In this document: piece after piece, positions 19,736-28,425 of the stretch | Numbering within the stretch: position 1 is the first letter of the stretch | Layout of the letters: every line of letters starts with the position of its first letter | Origin: Fimbriimonadia bacterium | GTDB lineage: Bacteria; Armatimonadota; Fimbriimonadia; Fimbriimonadales; JABRVX01 | Reading direction: 5' to 3' | Assembly (NCBI GenBank): GCA_041483895.1 | Contig: JBGPGO010000014.1 | Coordinates: 1-64,000 of the forward strand | DNA length: 64,000 nt | Translations under genes and position numbers: made by a program | Notes under the pieces: generated by a model | Database searches by the model: none | What the model saw: only the letters and a program-made list of their open reading frames with translations | Told to the model about the DNA's origin: nothing

Positions 19736-20367
19736 ACTCAAAGTCAGAAATAATGCGCGCGATCCGCGTCCCGGTCGCCCTCCCAATGGAGGCTCCACCT
19801 GCCGATCCGGTGGAAGTCCTTTCCCTTCCCGCCGGCGCCGATCTTGCGCAGACTTTCAAGGATTCCGCCGTTCGTTCCCTGTCCCAGGTTGTCGAAGTGC
19901 CATCCTGGCCCGATGCCTGGGCGGAGATTGCAAAACTGCTCACCGAGCGCCGATATCGGTCCGCCATCTGCTGGGATGAGGATCAGTTTCCGGAGACCGG
20001 CCTCACATCAGCTCTCCGCGCGGCCTCCTGCTGCATGGCGTCGAAAGGCGAATGGGCAACGGCGGACGTTGGGATCACCGGAGCGGTGGCCGGGATCGCC
20101 GCCACTGGGAGCCTGGTCTTGAATTCAGGTCCCGGTCGTCCACGCTCCGCCTCGCTCTTGCCACAGCACCACATCGCTATTTTGCCGCGGAGCGCCATCG
20201 GTGCCACTGTGGAAAAATGGTTCGAAGCCGCCGGCGCCCAACTCGATCAAGTGGCAAACACGTTTTTCATCACCGGCCCAAGCCGGTCAGGCGACATCGA
20301 AATGAACGTGACGCTCGGGGTCCATGGCCCCGGCGAACTGACAATTATTGTGGGAAGAGACGGCTAA
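19723..20367 (+). CDS. lutC: lactate utilization protein LutC/LldG (LUD domain)
   Basis: GIA.TGSL, SLLP..H, ITGPSRSGDIE....GVHGP; start approximate. Confidence 0.88.
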   Translation: MEKLDSKSEIMRAIRVPVALPMEAPPADPVEVLSLPAGADLAQTFKDSAVRSLSQVVEVPSWPDAWAEIAKLLTERRYRSAICWDEDQFPETGLTSALRAASCCMASKGEWATADVGITGAVAGIAATGSLVLNSGPGRPRSASLLPQHHIAILPRSAIGATVEKWFEAAGAQLDQVANTFFITGPSRSGDIEMNVTLGVHGPGELTIIVGRDG

Positions 20368-20807
20368 TGTCCACCCTTTGGCTTCTTGGAATCTCTTGTG
20401 GAGATCGGATCTAATCTTCTCATGGCGTCCCACTTCTTGCGCTGCGTTGGGGTCAAAACCTTCGCGATCTTTTCATAGGAGACATCGCGGGCGTGGAAAT
20501 ACTTGGCGCTCTTCTCTTTATCCGGCATATTCTTGTCATTGACGATCGCTACCATGGTGTCCAGACGCTGAATGAGGATCGCTCTCACTTTCGTCTGCTG
20601 CGCTGTGGTCAGTTTCAGCTTAGCCGCATATATTTTTACCTCGCCATTGACCATTCCCTCTTGCTGCTGTCTGACTGAGGGTTTCTTCTGGCCGGTCGGA
20701 AAAGGCGCTTTGCCGGTTCTTGCCGGCGTTTGGGCAAGCGATCCGGCAAATACACTGGCGGCGAAGATGCCCGCTATCGCCAATCGCGCAAATCTATGAA
20801 AATCCAT
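20364..20807 (-). CDS. secreted helical hypothetical protein (Spy/LTXXQ-like)
   Basis: Signal peptide; LKLTTAQQ and VLTPTQRKKW motifs; GAGG RBS. Confidence 0.6.
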   Translation of the reverse strand: MDFHRFARLAIAGIFAASVFAGSLAQTPARTGKAPFPTGQKKPSVRQQQEGMVNGEVKIYAAKLKLTTAQQTKVRAILIQRLDTMVAIVNDKNMPDKEKSAKYFHARDVSYEKIAKVLTPTQRKKWDAMRRLDPISTRDSKKPKGGH

Positions 20808-21089
20808 CGTGTGCCTCCTTGATGTACCTTTCAATTATACGCAGTCTGTCCCAAAGCGGTCTCCCAAATGGTGTGCCAAAATCCCAGTTTACTGCGAAGA
20901 ATTGGCAATTATGGGGATTTTGTGTGCGAGTGCGCCCGCTAAAGATATGGGTGAGATGAAGCGATTCTGGACGGAACGGGTCGGCGATCAGTTGAACGGA
21001 GCCGATACTCCCGAGTAGAAGGAATCGACCGTTCTTTCTACTAAGCGCTCCGGCTAGGTACAATACTTACCAAAACACAATCGATAGGG

Positions 21090-23822
21090 GTGGCCAATAT
21101 GGGAAATAGCTTCAACGCTCGAGGGCGCGCAAATTTTGCAGGGTCGGAGCTAGATTTTTTCCGATTGGACGCCCTGGCTTCGCAAGGCATCAACCTCACC
21201 CGCCTTCCCTATTCACTCCGTATCCTGCTGGAAAACCTCTTGCGTCACGAGGATGGGCTCGTCGTCACCGCGGACGATGTGATGGCGCTGGCGAACTGGG
21301 ATCCGAAGGCCACCCCCGGCACGGAAATCGCCTTCACTCCTGCCAGGGTTATTCTGCAGGACTTTACCGGCGTTCCCTGCGTCGTTGACCTTGCATCGAT
21401 GAGGGACGCAATGGCGGCGCTCGGCGGTGATCCCGCGAAAATCAATCCACTGCAGCCGGTCGAACTGGTGATCGATCACTCCGTTCAGGTGGACGCCTTT
21501 GGCACAGGCGAAGCGATCGCCATCAATGTAAAGCATGAATTCGAGCGCAACAGAGAGCGCTATGCGTTTCTGAAATGGGGCCAGGCGGCGTTCCAAAATT
21601 TCCGGGTCGTGCCGCCGAACACAGGCATCGTTCATCAGGTCAATTTGGAGTATCTGGGCCGCGTGGTGTTCAATTCCGACGGCATGGCCTATCCCGACAC
21701 CCTGGTCGGCACAGACAGCCATACAACCATGATCAATGGTCTTGGAGTTTTGGGCTGGGGCGTTGGCGGAATTGAAGCGGAGGCCGCCATGCTCGGTCAA
21801 CCGGTCTCGATGCTGATCCCCCAAGTGGTCGGCGTGCGTCTGACCGGAGCTCTTTCCGAAGGGGCCACCGCGACAGACCTGGTTCTCACCGTTACCGAGC
21901 AGTTGCGCAACATGGGAGTGGTCGGCAAATTTGTGGAGTTTTTCGGTCCGAGCCTTCATTCGCTGCCGTTGGCGAACCGGGCAACCATCGGCAACATGTC
22001 GCCGGAATACGGGGCGACATGTGCCATCTTCCCAGTTGATGACGAGACGCTGCGATACCTTCGTACGACGGGTCGCCCCGAGAAGCAGATCGCATTGGTG
22101 GAAGCCTACATGAAAACGCAGGGTCTGTTCCACTCGGCGGCCGCGCCGGAAGCGGAATACTCGGCAATCCTGCATCTCGATCTTTCATCGGTGGAGCCTT
22201 CTATCGCCGGACCACGACGGCCACAGGATCGCATTCCGCTCTCATCGGCCCGGCAGTCATTTGACGCGGCCTTGCCAACTCTCGTTGGACCGCCGAAGCG
22301 GGGCGCGCCGATGAGGAACGGCGATGGCGCCGACGGCACCACGGCGACCGCAACCCTTTCGCCGGCCGAAGTCGCGGTGACGATGGGTGGCGAGCAGTTC
22401 GAGCTACGGCACGGAAGCGTGGTGATCGCCGCAATCACGAGCTGCACAAACACGTCCAATCCTTATGTGATGGTGGCGGCGGGCCTTTTGGCAAAGAAGG
22501 CTGTGGAAAAGGGCTTGATGACAAAGCCGTGGGTGAAATCGTCGCTGGCGCCGGGGTCCCGCGTCGTGACCAGCTATCTTCAAACGGCGGGGTTGGACAA
22601 GTATCTGGATTTGTTACGGTTCAACACGGTCGGCTATGGCTGCACCACCTGCATCGGCAACTCCGGTCCCCTGCCCGGCCCGATTTCCAAGGCGATCGAG
22701 CAAGGCGGACTTGTTGTCTGCAGCGTGCTGTCCGGCAATCGAAATTTCGAGGGCAGAATTCAGGGTGAGGTGCGCGCGAACTATCTGATGTCGCCACCGC
22801 TCGTGGTGGCATACGCCCTTGCTGGGCGGATCGACATGGATATGCACAAAGATCCGATTGGATCGGGATCGGATGGCAACCCGGTCTATCTGAGCGATAT
22901 ATGGCCGTCCCCGCAAGAAGTGGCGGAGGTTGTGCACAATTCCATCCGACCGGATATGTACACGAAGAACTATGGCGAGGTGTTCCAGGGGGATGAGAAT
23001 TGGAATTCGATTGAGGTTCCTGCTGGTTCTCGATTTGCATGGGACGCGGCTTCTACGTATGTGAAACAGGCCCCATTTTTTGATGACATGCCGCGCGAAG
23101 CTCCGGAGTCTGTACCGGATATCAGAGGCGCACGAGTCTTGGCATTTTTGGGTGATAGCATAACGACAGATCATATATCACCCGCGGGGGCAATTAAGAA
23201 GGATTCGCCCTCGGGAGACTATCTGATACATCATAGTGTGGATCCGCTGGCATTCAACTCCTATGGATCAAGACGTGGGAACCATGAAGTGATGGTGCGT
23301 GGCACTTTTGCCAATGTACGGATTCGCAATCGGATCGCCCCGGGGACGGAGGGCGGATTTACGAGCTACCTGCCGACCGGCGAGGTGATGTCGATCTATG
23401 ACGCGGCGGTTAAGTATCAGGCCGACGGCACGCCGCTCATTGTGCTGGCGGGGAAAGAATACGGCAGCGGTTCCAGCCGCGACTGGGCGGCGAAAGGCCC
23501 GGCATTGGAAGGCGTTCGGGCGGTGATCGCGGAGAGTTTCGAACGGATTCACCGGTCGAATTTGATCGGCATGGGTGTGGTTCCGTTGGAGTTCCCTGCC
23601 GGGCTGACGGCCGATTCTTTGGGTCTTGCGGGAACGGAGACCTTCTCGATCAGTGGTCTTTCCGATCGCGTCCGCACAGGGTTCGCGTCAGGACGCAATG
23701 TGACCGTCAAGACCGACACGGGGAAGGAATTCCAAGCCACAGTCCGCATCGATACCCCGCAGGAGATCCAGTACTATCGCCACGGCGGAATTCTGCAATA
23801 CGTGTTGCGGCAACTGCTCTAG
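21090..23822 (+). CDS. acnA: aconitate hydratase A
   Basis: [56 protein letters not shown]. Confidence 0.97.
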   Translation: MANMGNSFNARGRANFAGSELDFFRLDALASQGINLTRLPYSLRILLENLLRHEDGLVVTADDVMALANWDPKATPGTEIAFTPARVILQDFTGVPCVVDLASMRDAMAALGGDPAKINPLQPVELVIDHSVQVDAFGTGEAIAINVKHEFERNRERYAFLKWGQAAFQNFRVVPPNTGIVHQVNLEYLGRVVFNSDGMAYPDTLVGTDSHTTMINGLGVLGWGVGGIEAEAAMLGQPVSMLIPQVVGVRLTGALSEGATATDLVLTVTEQLRNMGVVGKFVEFFGPSLHSLPLANRATIGNMSPEYGATCAIFPVDDETLRYLRTTGRPEKQIALVEAYMKTQGLFHSAAAPEAEYSAILHLDLSSVEPSIAGPRRPQDRIPLSSARQSFDAALPTLVGPPKRGAPMRNGDGADGTTATATLSPAEVAVTMGGEQFELRHGSVVIAAITSCTNTSNPYVMVAAGLLAKKAVEKGLMTKPWVKSSLAPGSRVVTSYLQTAGLDKYLDLLRFNTVGYGCTTCIGNSGPLPGPISKAIEQGGLVVCSVLSGNRNFEGRIQGEVRANYLMSPPLVVAYALAGRIDMDMHKDPIGSGSDGNPVYLSDIWPSPQEVAEVVHNSIRPDMYTKNYGEVFQGDENWNSIEVPAGSRFAWDAASTYVKQAPFFDDMPREAPESVPDIRGARVLAFLGDSITTDHISPAGAIKKDSPSGDYLIHHSVDPLAFNSYGSRRGNHEVMVRGTFANVRIRNRIAPGTEGGFTSYLPTGEVMSIYDAAVKYQADGTPLIVLAGKEYGSGSSRDWAAKGPALEGVRAVIAESFERIHRSNLIGMGVVPLEFPAGLTADSLGLAGTETFSISGLSDRVRTGFASGRNVTVKTDTGKEFQATVRIDTPQEIQYYRHGGILQYVLRQLL

Positions 23823-23836
23823 AGTTTTCTAATCAC

Positions 23837-23948
23837 TGTCATTCCGAAGCGAAGCGAGGAATCCCTTTCAGTACCTCCCTCCGCCAACCAGGAGTCACAG
23901 ATAAAGAAAACGTTCGAAAGGGATTCCTCGCTTCGCTTCGGAATGACA
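23837..23948. repeat. palindromic element with perfect 33-bp inverted arms (REP/MITE-like)
   Basis: TGTCATTCCGAAGCGAAGCGAGGAATCCCTTTC (23837-23869) and its exact reverse complement (23916-23948). Confidence 0.9.
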
Positions 23949-23950
23949 AG

Positions 23951-24490
23951 TTATGGCAAACATTCTATCGTGACATTGTGATTGGTGTACACACAAATAT
24001 CCGCCGCGATAGAGAGGGACTGCTCGACGATCTCTTTCGCTGATAGATTGGTATGTTTAAGCAGTGCGATGGCAGCGGCTTGGGCGTAGGCGCCGCCGGA
24101 ACCGACACCCACCACTCCTTCGTCCGGCTCCAGCACATTGCCATCGCCAGTGATCACCAGCAACGTGTCAGAATCCGCTACCACTAATATCGCGTTGAGA
24201 TGACGGAGAATCTTGTCCGTCCGCCACTCTTTCGCGAAATCCACCGCCGCTTTGCGCAAATTCCCCCGGGCCGACTCGATCTTCCCCTCGATCTTGTCCG
24301 AGAGCGCCTGCGCGTCCGCTACCGCGCCCGCAAAACCGGCGATCACCGCGTCTTTGGCCAGCCGCCGCACCTTGCGAGCCTTGTGCTTCATCACGATGCC
24401 CTCGTCGCCCAAGGTCACCTGTCCATCGCCGCCCACCGCCACTTGCCCTTCCCGCCGGACTCCCAGAATTGTTGTGCTACGTGTCATCAA
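23951..24490 (-). CDS. hslV: ATP-dependent protease subunit HslV (ClpQ)
   Basis: STTILGVR N-terminal Thr, [27 protein letters not shown]. Confidence 0.95.
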   Translation of the reverse strand: MMTRSTTILGVRREGQVAVGGDGQVTLGDEGIVMKHKARKVRRLAKDAVIAGFAGAVADAQALSDKIEGKIESARGNLRKAAVDFAKEWRTDKILRHLNAILVVADSDTLLVITGDGNVLEPDEGVVGVGSGGAYAQAAAIALLKHTNLSAKEIVEQSLSIAADICVYTNHNVTIECLP

Positions 24491-24493
24491 AAT

Positions 24494-24541
24494 CCCCTCC
24501 CTCTTGCGAGGAACGAGTAAGGGGGAGGGTTAGGGTGGGGG
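24494..24541. repeat. G-rich REP-like palindrome
   Basis: CCCCTCCCTCTT...AAGGGGGAGGGTTAGGGTGGGGG; same family as 50001-50222. Confidence 0.65.
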
Positions 24542-24551
24542 TTCCAATGCA

Positions 24552-25415
24552 TCATTCGTCTCCTTCGGTCAATGCCCGTGGATGGGCCGTTTCGTACACC
24601 TTCTTCAGCCGCTCTATGCTGAGATGCGTGTAAATCTGTGTCGTCTGAATGCGCGAATGGCCCAATAGCTCTTGCACGCTCCGCAGGTCCGCGCCCCCGT
24701 CCAGGAGATGGGTGGCGAAGGAATGCCGTAGCGTGTGCGGGCTGGCCTCCAAACCTTGTGCGGCTGCCAGGCGACGGACGATCCGGTGGACCGACCGGAC
24801 GGTCAGCCGTCCCCCATCCGCGTTCAAGAACAGTGGCAGCGCCGATGACCATCGCTGCTCCAGATAGGCTGACAGCGCTTCCGCCGCCGCGCCCCCGAAA
24901 ACCGCGATCCGCTCTTTGCCACCCTTCCCTACCACGCGGCAGGTCCGGGACTCAAAGTCTAAGTTTTGTACATCTAAGCTACACAATTCTTGCACACGCA
25001 GCCCAGCGGCATACAGCAGTTCCAGAATCGCCCGGTCCCGCAATTCCATCGGCCCCGTTGGAGTTTCCACCAATCGAGTCGCCTGTTCGGCGTTCAGCAC
25101 TTTTGGCAGGCGCTTTCGACGGATCGGTGAATCGACATCCACGGTCGGATCGTGGTCGATCCATTTTCTGGCCCGCAAAAAGCGGAAAAAGCTGCGCAGC
25201 GCATACAGTTTCCGCGCCGACGTGCTCTCCGCGCTCTTCAAATAGGGACGCAGGTAGGCCCGAACGTGGTGCGCCGTGATCTGGCCGGGCTGGGAGATTC
25301 CGGCATCTTCACAAACCTGGGCAAAGAGCGCCAAATCGGTGCCGTACGACTTGACCGTGTTCGCCGCCCGGACGGTGGACAAATGATTGAGGAACCGCTC
25401 GATCTCCCTATCCAC
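24552..25415 (-). CDS. xerC: tyrosine recombinase XerC/CodV
   Basis: RD.AILELLY..GLR, GKG.KER, HTLRHSFATHLL.GGADLR.VQELLGH, TQIYTH; trmFO-xerC-hslV context. Confidence 0.88.
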   Translation of the reverse strand: MDREIERFLNHLSTVRAANTVKSYGTDLALFAQVCEDAGISQPGQITAHHVRAYLRPYLKSAESTSARKLYALRSFFRFLRARKWIDHDPTVDVDSPIRRKRLPKVLNAEQATRLVETPTGPMELRDRAILELLYAAGLRVQELCSLDVQNLDFESRTCRVVGKGGKERIAVFGGAAAEALSAYLEQRWSSALPLFLNADGGRLTVRSVHRIVRRLAAAQGLEASPHTLRHSFATHLLDGGADLRSVQELLGHSRIQTTQIYTHLSIERLKKVYETAHPRALTEGDE

Positions 25416-26730
25416 CGACCGCCTCCAGCATACCGACCTCGGACGCGAATTCACCGATGGCCTGGCGAGCGGCGTTCAATTTGGCCTCCCGCCGCAGTCC
25501 CTTATCCCGAATTTCCGGTTGCGGATCGGGCAGCAGCCCCCAGTTGGCGTTCATCGGCGCGAACTCTTTGTTCGGACAGGTGGCAATGTAGTTGAGCAGA
25601 GAACCGATGACGGATTCCGACGGAACGATCACCGGCCCCTTCCCTTCCTCCAACCGCGCGGCGTTGATCCCCGCGACAATTCCGGCCGCCGCTGATTCGA
25701 TGTACCCTTCCACCCCCACGAGTTGGCCCGCGAACAGGATCCGCTCATCGCGCCGAAGCTGCAACGTTGGAAAGAGTATGCGGGGCGAATCCAAATAGGT
25801 GTTCCGATGAATCACGCCGTAGCGAACAAACTCCGCGCTCTCCAATCCCGGCACCAAACTGAACACCTTCTTCTGCCCACCCCACTTCATCCGCGTCTGG
25901 CAACCGACCAGAGAATAGAGGGTTTTGTCTAAGTTTTCTGGCCTTAACTGTAACACTGCATGGGGACGCTGGCCAGACCGCGGGTCCATCAACCCAACGG
26001 GCTTGAAGTTGCCGAAGGCCAAAGAACGCCGTCCCCGCCGCGCGATCTCCTCGAGCGGCAGGCAACCTTCAAAATACTGCAGCTTCTCAAATTCATGCTC
26101 CGGCGCCTGGTCGGCCTCCAGCAGCGCATCTACAAATGCGTTGTATTGCTCCTCGGAAAAGGGGCAATTGAGATAGTCGTCCCCCCCCTTGTCGTACCGA
26201 GATTGCGCGAAGACGATGTCGGTATCGATGGTCGAGGCGTCCACGGTGGGCGACACGGCATCGTAGAAATGCAGATGCTCGCGTCCGGTCAGTTGTTGAA
26301 TGATCGCCGCCAGCCCTTCCGAGGTCAATGGCCCTGTGGCGATCACGACCGGACCGTCTTCCGGAAGGGACAGGACCTCCTCGCGCACTAAATCAATCTT
26401 CGGATGCCCCTCGATCGCCGCAGTCACAGAAGCCGCAAACAGTTCCCGATCCACAGCGAGCGCCTCGCCCGCCGGCACCGCATGTCTCCGAGCCAAAGGT
26501 ACCACGAGAGAACCCAACTGCTCCATTTCGATCTTTAGCTGTCCAGCGGGGGTATCCGGCAGGAGCGACTTGAAGGAGTTGCTGCAAACCAGCTCTGCCA
26601 GCTTGTCCGTCTTGTGCGCCGGCGTCATGGAGACCGGCCGCATCTCGCACAACCTAACCCGCGCGCCGCGCTGGGCCGCCGCCCACGCAGCCTCCACCCC
26701 CGCAAATCCGCCACCAATGACTGTTACCAC
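25408..26730 (-). CDS. trmFO: methylenetetrahydrofolate--tRNA-(uracil-54) methyltransferase
   Basis: GGGFAGVEAAW, AELVCSNSF, FYDAVSP, YGVIHRNTY, AGQL.GVEGY. Confidence 0.96.
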   Translation of the reverse strand: MVTVIGGGFAGVEAAWAAAQRGARVRLCEMRPVSMTPAHKTDKLAELVCSNSFKSLLPDTPAGQLKIEMEQLGSLVVPLARRHAVPAGEALAVDRELFAASVTAAIEGHPKIDLVREEVLSLPEDGPVVIATGPLTSEGLAAIIQQLTGREHLHFYDAVSPTVDASTIDTDIVFAQSRYDKGGDDYLNCPFSEEQYNAFVDALLEADQAPEHEFEKLQYFEGCLPLEEIARRGRRSLAFGNFKPVGLMDPRSGQRPHAVLQLRPENLDKTLYSLVGCQTRMKWGGQKKVFSLVPGLESAEFVRYGVIHRNTYLDSPRILFPTLQLRRDERILFAGQLVGVEGYIESAAAGIVAGINAARLEEGKGPVIVPSESVIGSLLNYIATCPNKEFAPMNANWGLLPDPQPEIRDKGLRREAKLNAARQAIGEFASEVGMLEAVGG

Positions 26731-26739
26731 GCCCCTAGT

Positions 26740-28377
26740 TTACAGGATCGCGCCCGTTGAGCCGAGCAGTTTCCGGCGAACGAGCGGAATCGGCGCGACT
26801 CCCTCGGCCAAAAACGCGTCGTGAAACTGTTTGAGCGACGCCCCCGGGTTGGCGGCCATATAGTCCGAGCGCAGCTTCATAAACATCAGTTTTCCCAGCG
26901 TGTAGTTGCAGTAAAACGGGTCCGTCGTGCCGCGCCGCGTCTCTCGAAGCGCGTTGACGTCTTCCATATAGGCCTTGGTTTTGAACATCTGCACCGACTC
27001 GTCAATCGTCATTTCGCCCGTGTGCAGGCCGATGCCGACGACCATTCTGCACGCCCGCAGCAGCGCCTCTTGAATCTGGGCCAGTCGCAATTTCAAGTCC
27101 CCATGCATATATCCGGCCTCGACCATCAGGTGCTCGGAGTAGTGCGCCCACCCTTCCACCGCGGAATAGCTGATCATCAGCTTGCGCACTTTCGATGGCC
27201 ATCGATCCATCCATAAGAACTGCGTGTAATGTCCAGGATAGGCCTCATGGATGCTTACATCGGTCAGCGTGTAGGTGTTGTACGCGCGCATGTGCTGCTC
27301 GGTAGTCTTCGCGTCCCATTCCGGCAACGGCGTGGTGACGTTGTAGAATGCCTCGGTCGCCTTCGTTTCGAACGGGCCCGGCACGTCCATGCTAGCGAAT
27401 GTCAGCTCCCGCGCGAACTCCGGCGTCGGCTCGATTTGGCAGCGGTTTTCGCTGGGAAAGGTGACGAATTCGGTGCAGAACTGACGCAGTCCTTCGAGCA
27501 TTTCGGAGGTGAACGCAAGCAGTTTCTCTGCGGGCGGATGGTCGGCGGACATGCTTTCAAACACTTCGGCGGGAGATTGCGTCGGATCGATCTGCCGCGC
27601 CGTTTCGGTGAACTGCCTTCCCAACTCATCCAACTCGTTCTTACCCCCCTCCCATATCCGCGCGAGGGGCAGGTCCACAAGCTCCTCTTGCCGCAGATCC
27701 CTCTCATACTTGTCGCCGCCGATTGCAAACGGGTGCGTCGCCCGCGGCCGCTGCTCGTCCAACCATCCGGCGAACTCTCGATATCCGTTCGCGACCTTCG
27801 AGCAAGCCGAGCGAAGCCGATCCTTCGCCCCCTCATCTTGCACTTTGACAAAGGCAAGCGGAAGGGATTTTTCGAAAAACGAAACCGTATCCTTCACGCT
27901 GTTGATCGCGATGTCGAGCGGGATAGGCGATGGTTCCGTCAGCCATTCCTTTGCCGACGTTACCACGCGCGGGAACTGCTCCAACCGGGCGACGGCGCAT
28001 TCTAAGCGATCCTCCAGCGTCGCAAAACTGCGCTTCGAAAGAGTAAAGACGCCCCAGCAAAAGCCGTCCAGAATGGGGTCCGGCGTTCGCGCGCGCATGC
28101 GAATCTCGTCGTGAATCGAGCGGCCGCGAAGGTGGGAAAGGATCAGATCATAATCCAACCGTGTGGCCGAATCAAAATCGGCTGTGTCGAGTGATTCCAG
28201 CCGGCGAATCTGGTCCGCGCGACGGCGGGCTTCCCTCTCATTCGCGGAGATAGAGAAATCGGAAATTTCGCTATCGTAGGCGTGGACGCCGGCCCAGGTA
28301 GCGAATTCCGGTTCTGCGCGGAAGATGCCGTCAATGATCTCGCCGCACAGGGCGACGAATTGCTGAGTTGTGGACAT
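26740..28377 (-). CDS. DUF885 family protein (metallopeptidase-like)
   Basis: HEAYPGHY.Q, EGWAHYSE, Y.LGKL, L..FHD.FL..G. Confidence 0.88.
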   Translation of the reverse strand: MSTTQQFVALCGEIIDGIFRAEPEFATWAGVHAYDSEISDFSISANEREARRRADQIRRLESLDTADFDSATRLDYDLILSHLRGRSIHDEIRMRARTPDPILDGFCWGVFTLSKRSFATLEDRLECAVARLEQFPRVVTSAKEWLTEPSPIPLDIAINSVKDTVSFFEKSLPLAFVKVQDEGAKDRLRSACSKVANGYREFAGWLDEQRPRATHPFAIGGDKYERDLRQEELVDLPLARIWEGGKNELDELGRQFTETARQIDPTQSPAEVFESMSADHPPAEKLLAFTSEMLEGLRQFCTEFVTFPSENRCQIEPTPEFARELTFASMDVPGPFETKATEAFYNVTTPLPEWDAKTTEQHMRAYNTYTLTDVSIHEAYPGHYTQFLWMDRWPSKVRKLMISYSAVEGWAHYSEHLMVEAGYMHGDLKLRLAQIQEALLRACRMVVGIGLHTGEMTIDESVQMFKTKAYMEDVNALRETRRGTTDPFYCNYTLGKLMFMKLRSDYMAANPGASLKQFHDAFLAEGVAPIPLVRRKLLGSTGAIL

Positions 28378-28425
28378 GCGTCCCGATTCGGCAAAACTCG
28401 GCCCGCTCCTGCCGAAATTAGGTCT

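Noticed and set aside
24552..25415. Tyrosine recombinase as a phage or ICE integrase
   Set aside because: Size, motifs and trmFO/hslV context indicate housekeeping XerC
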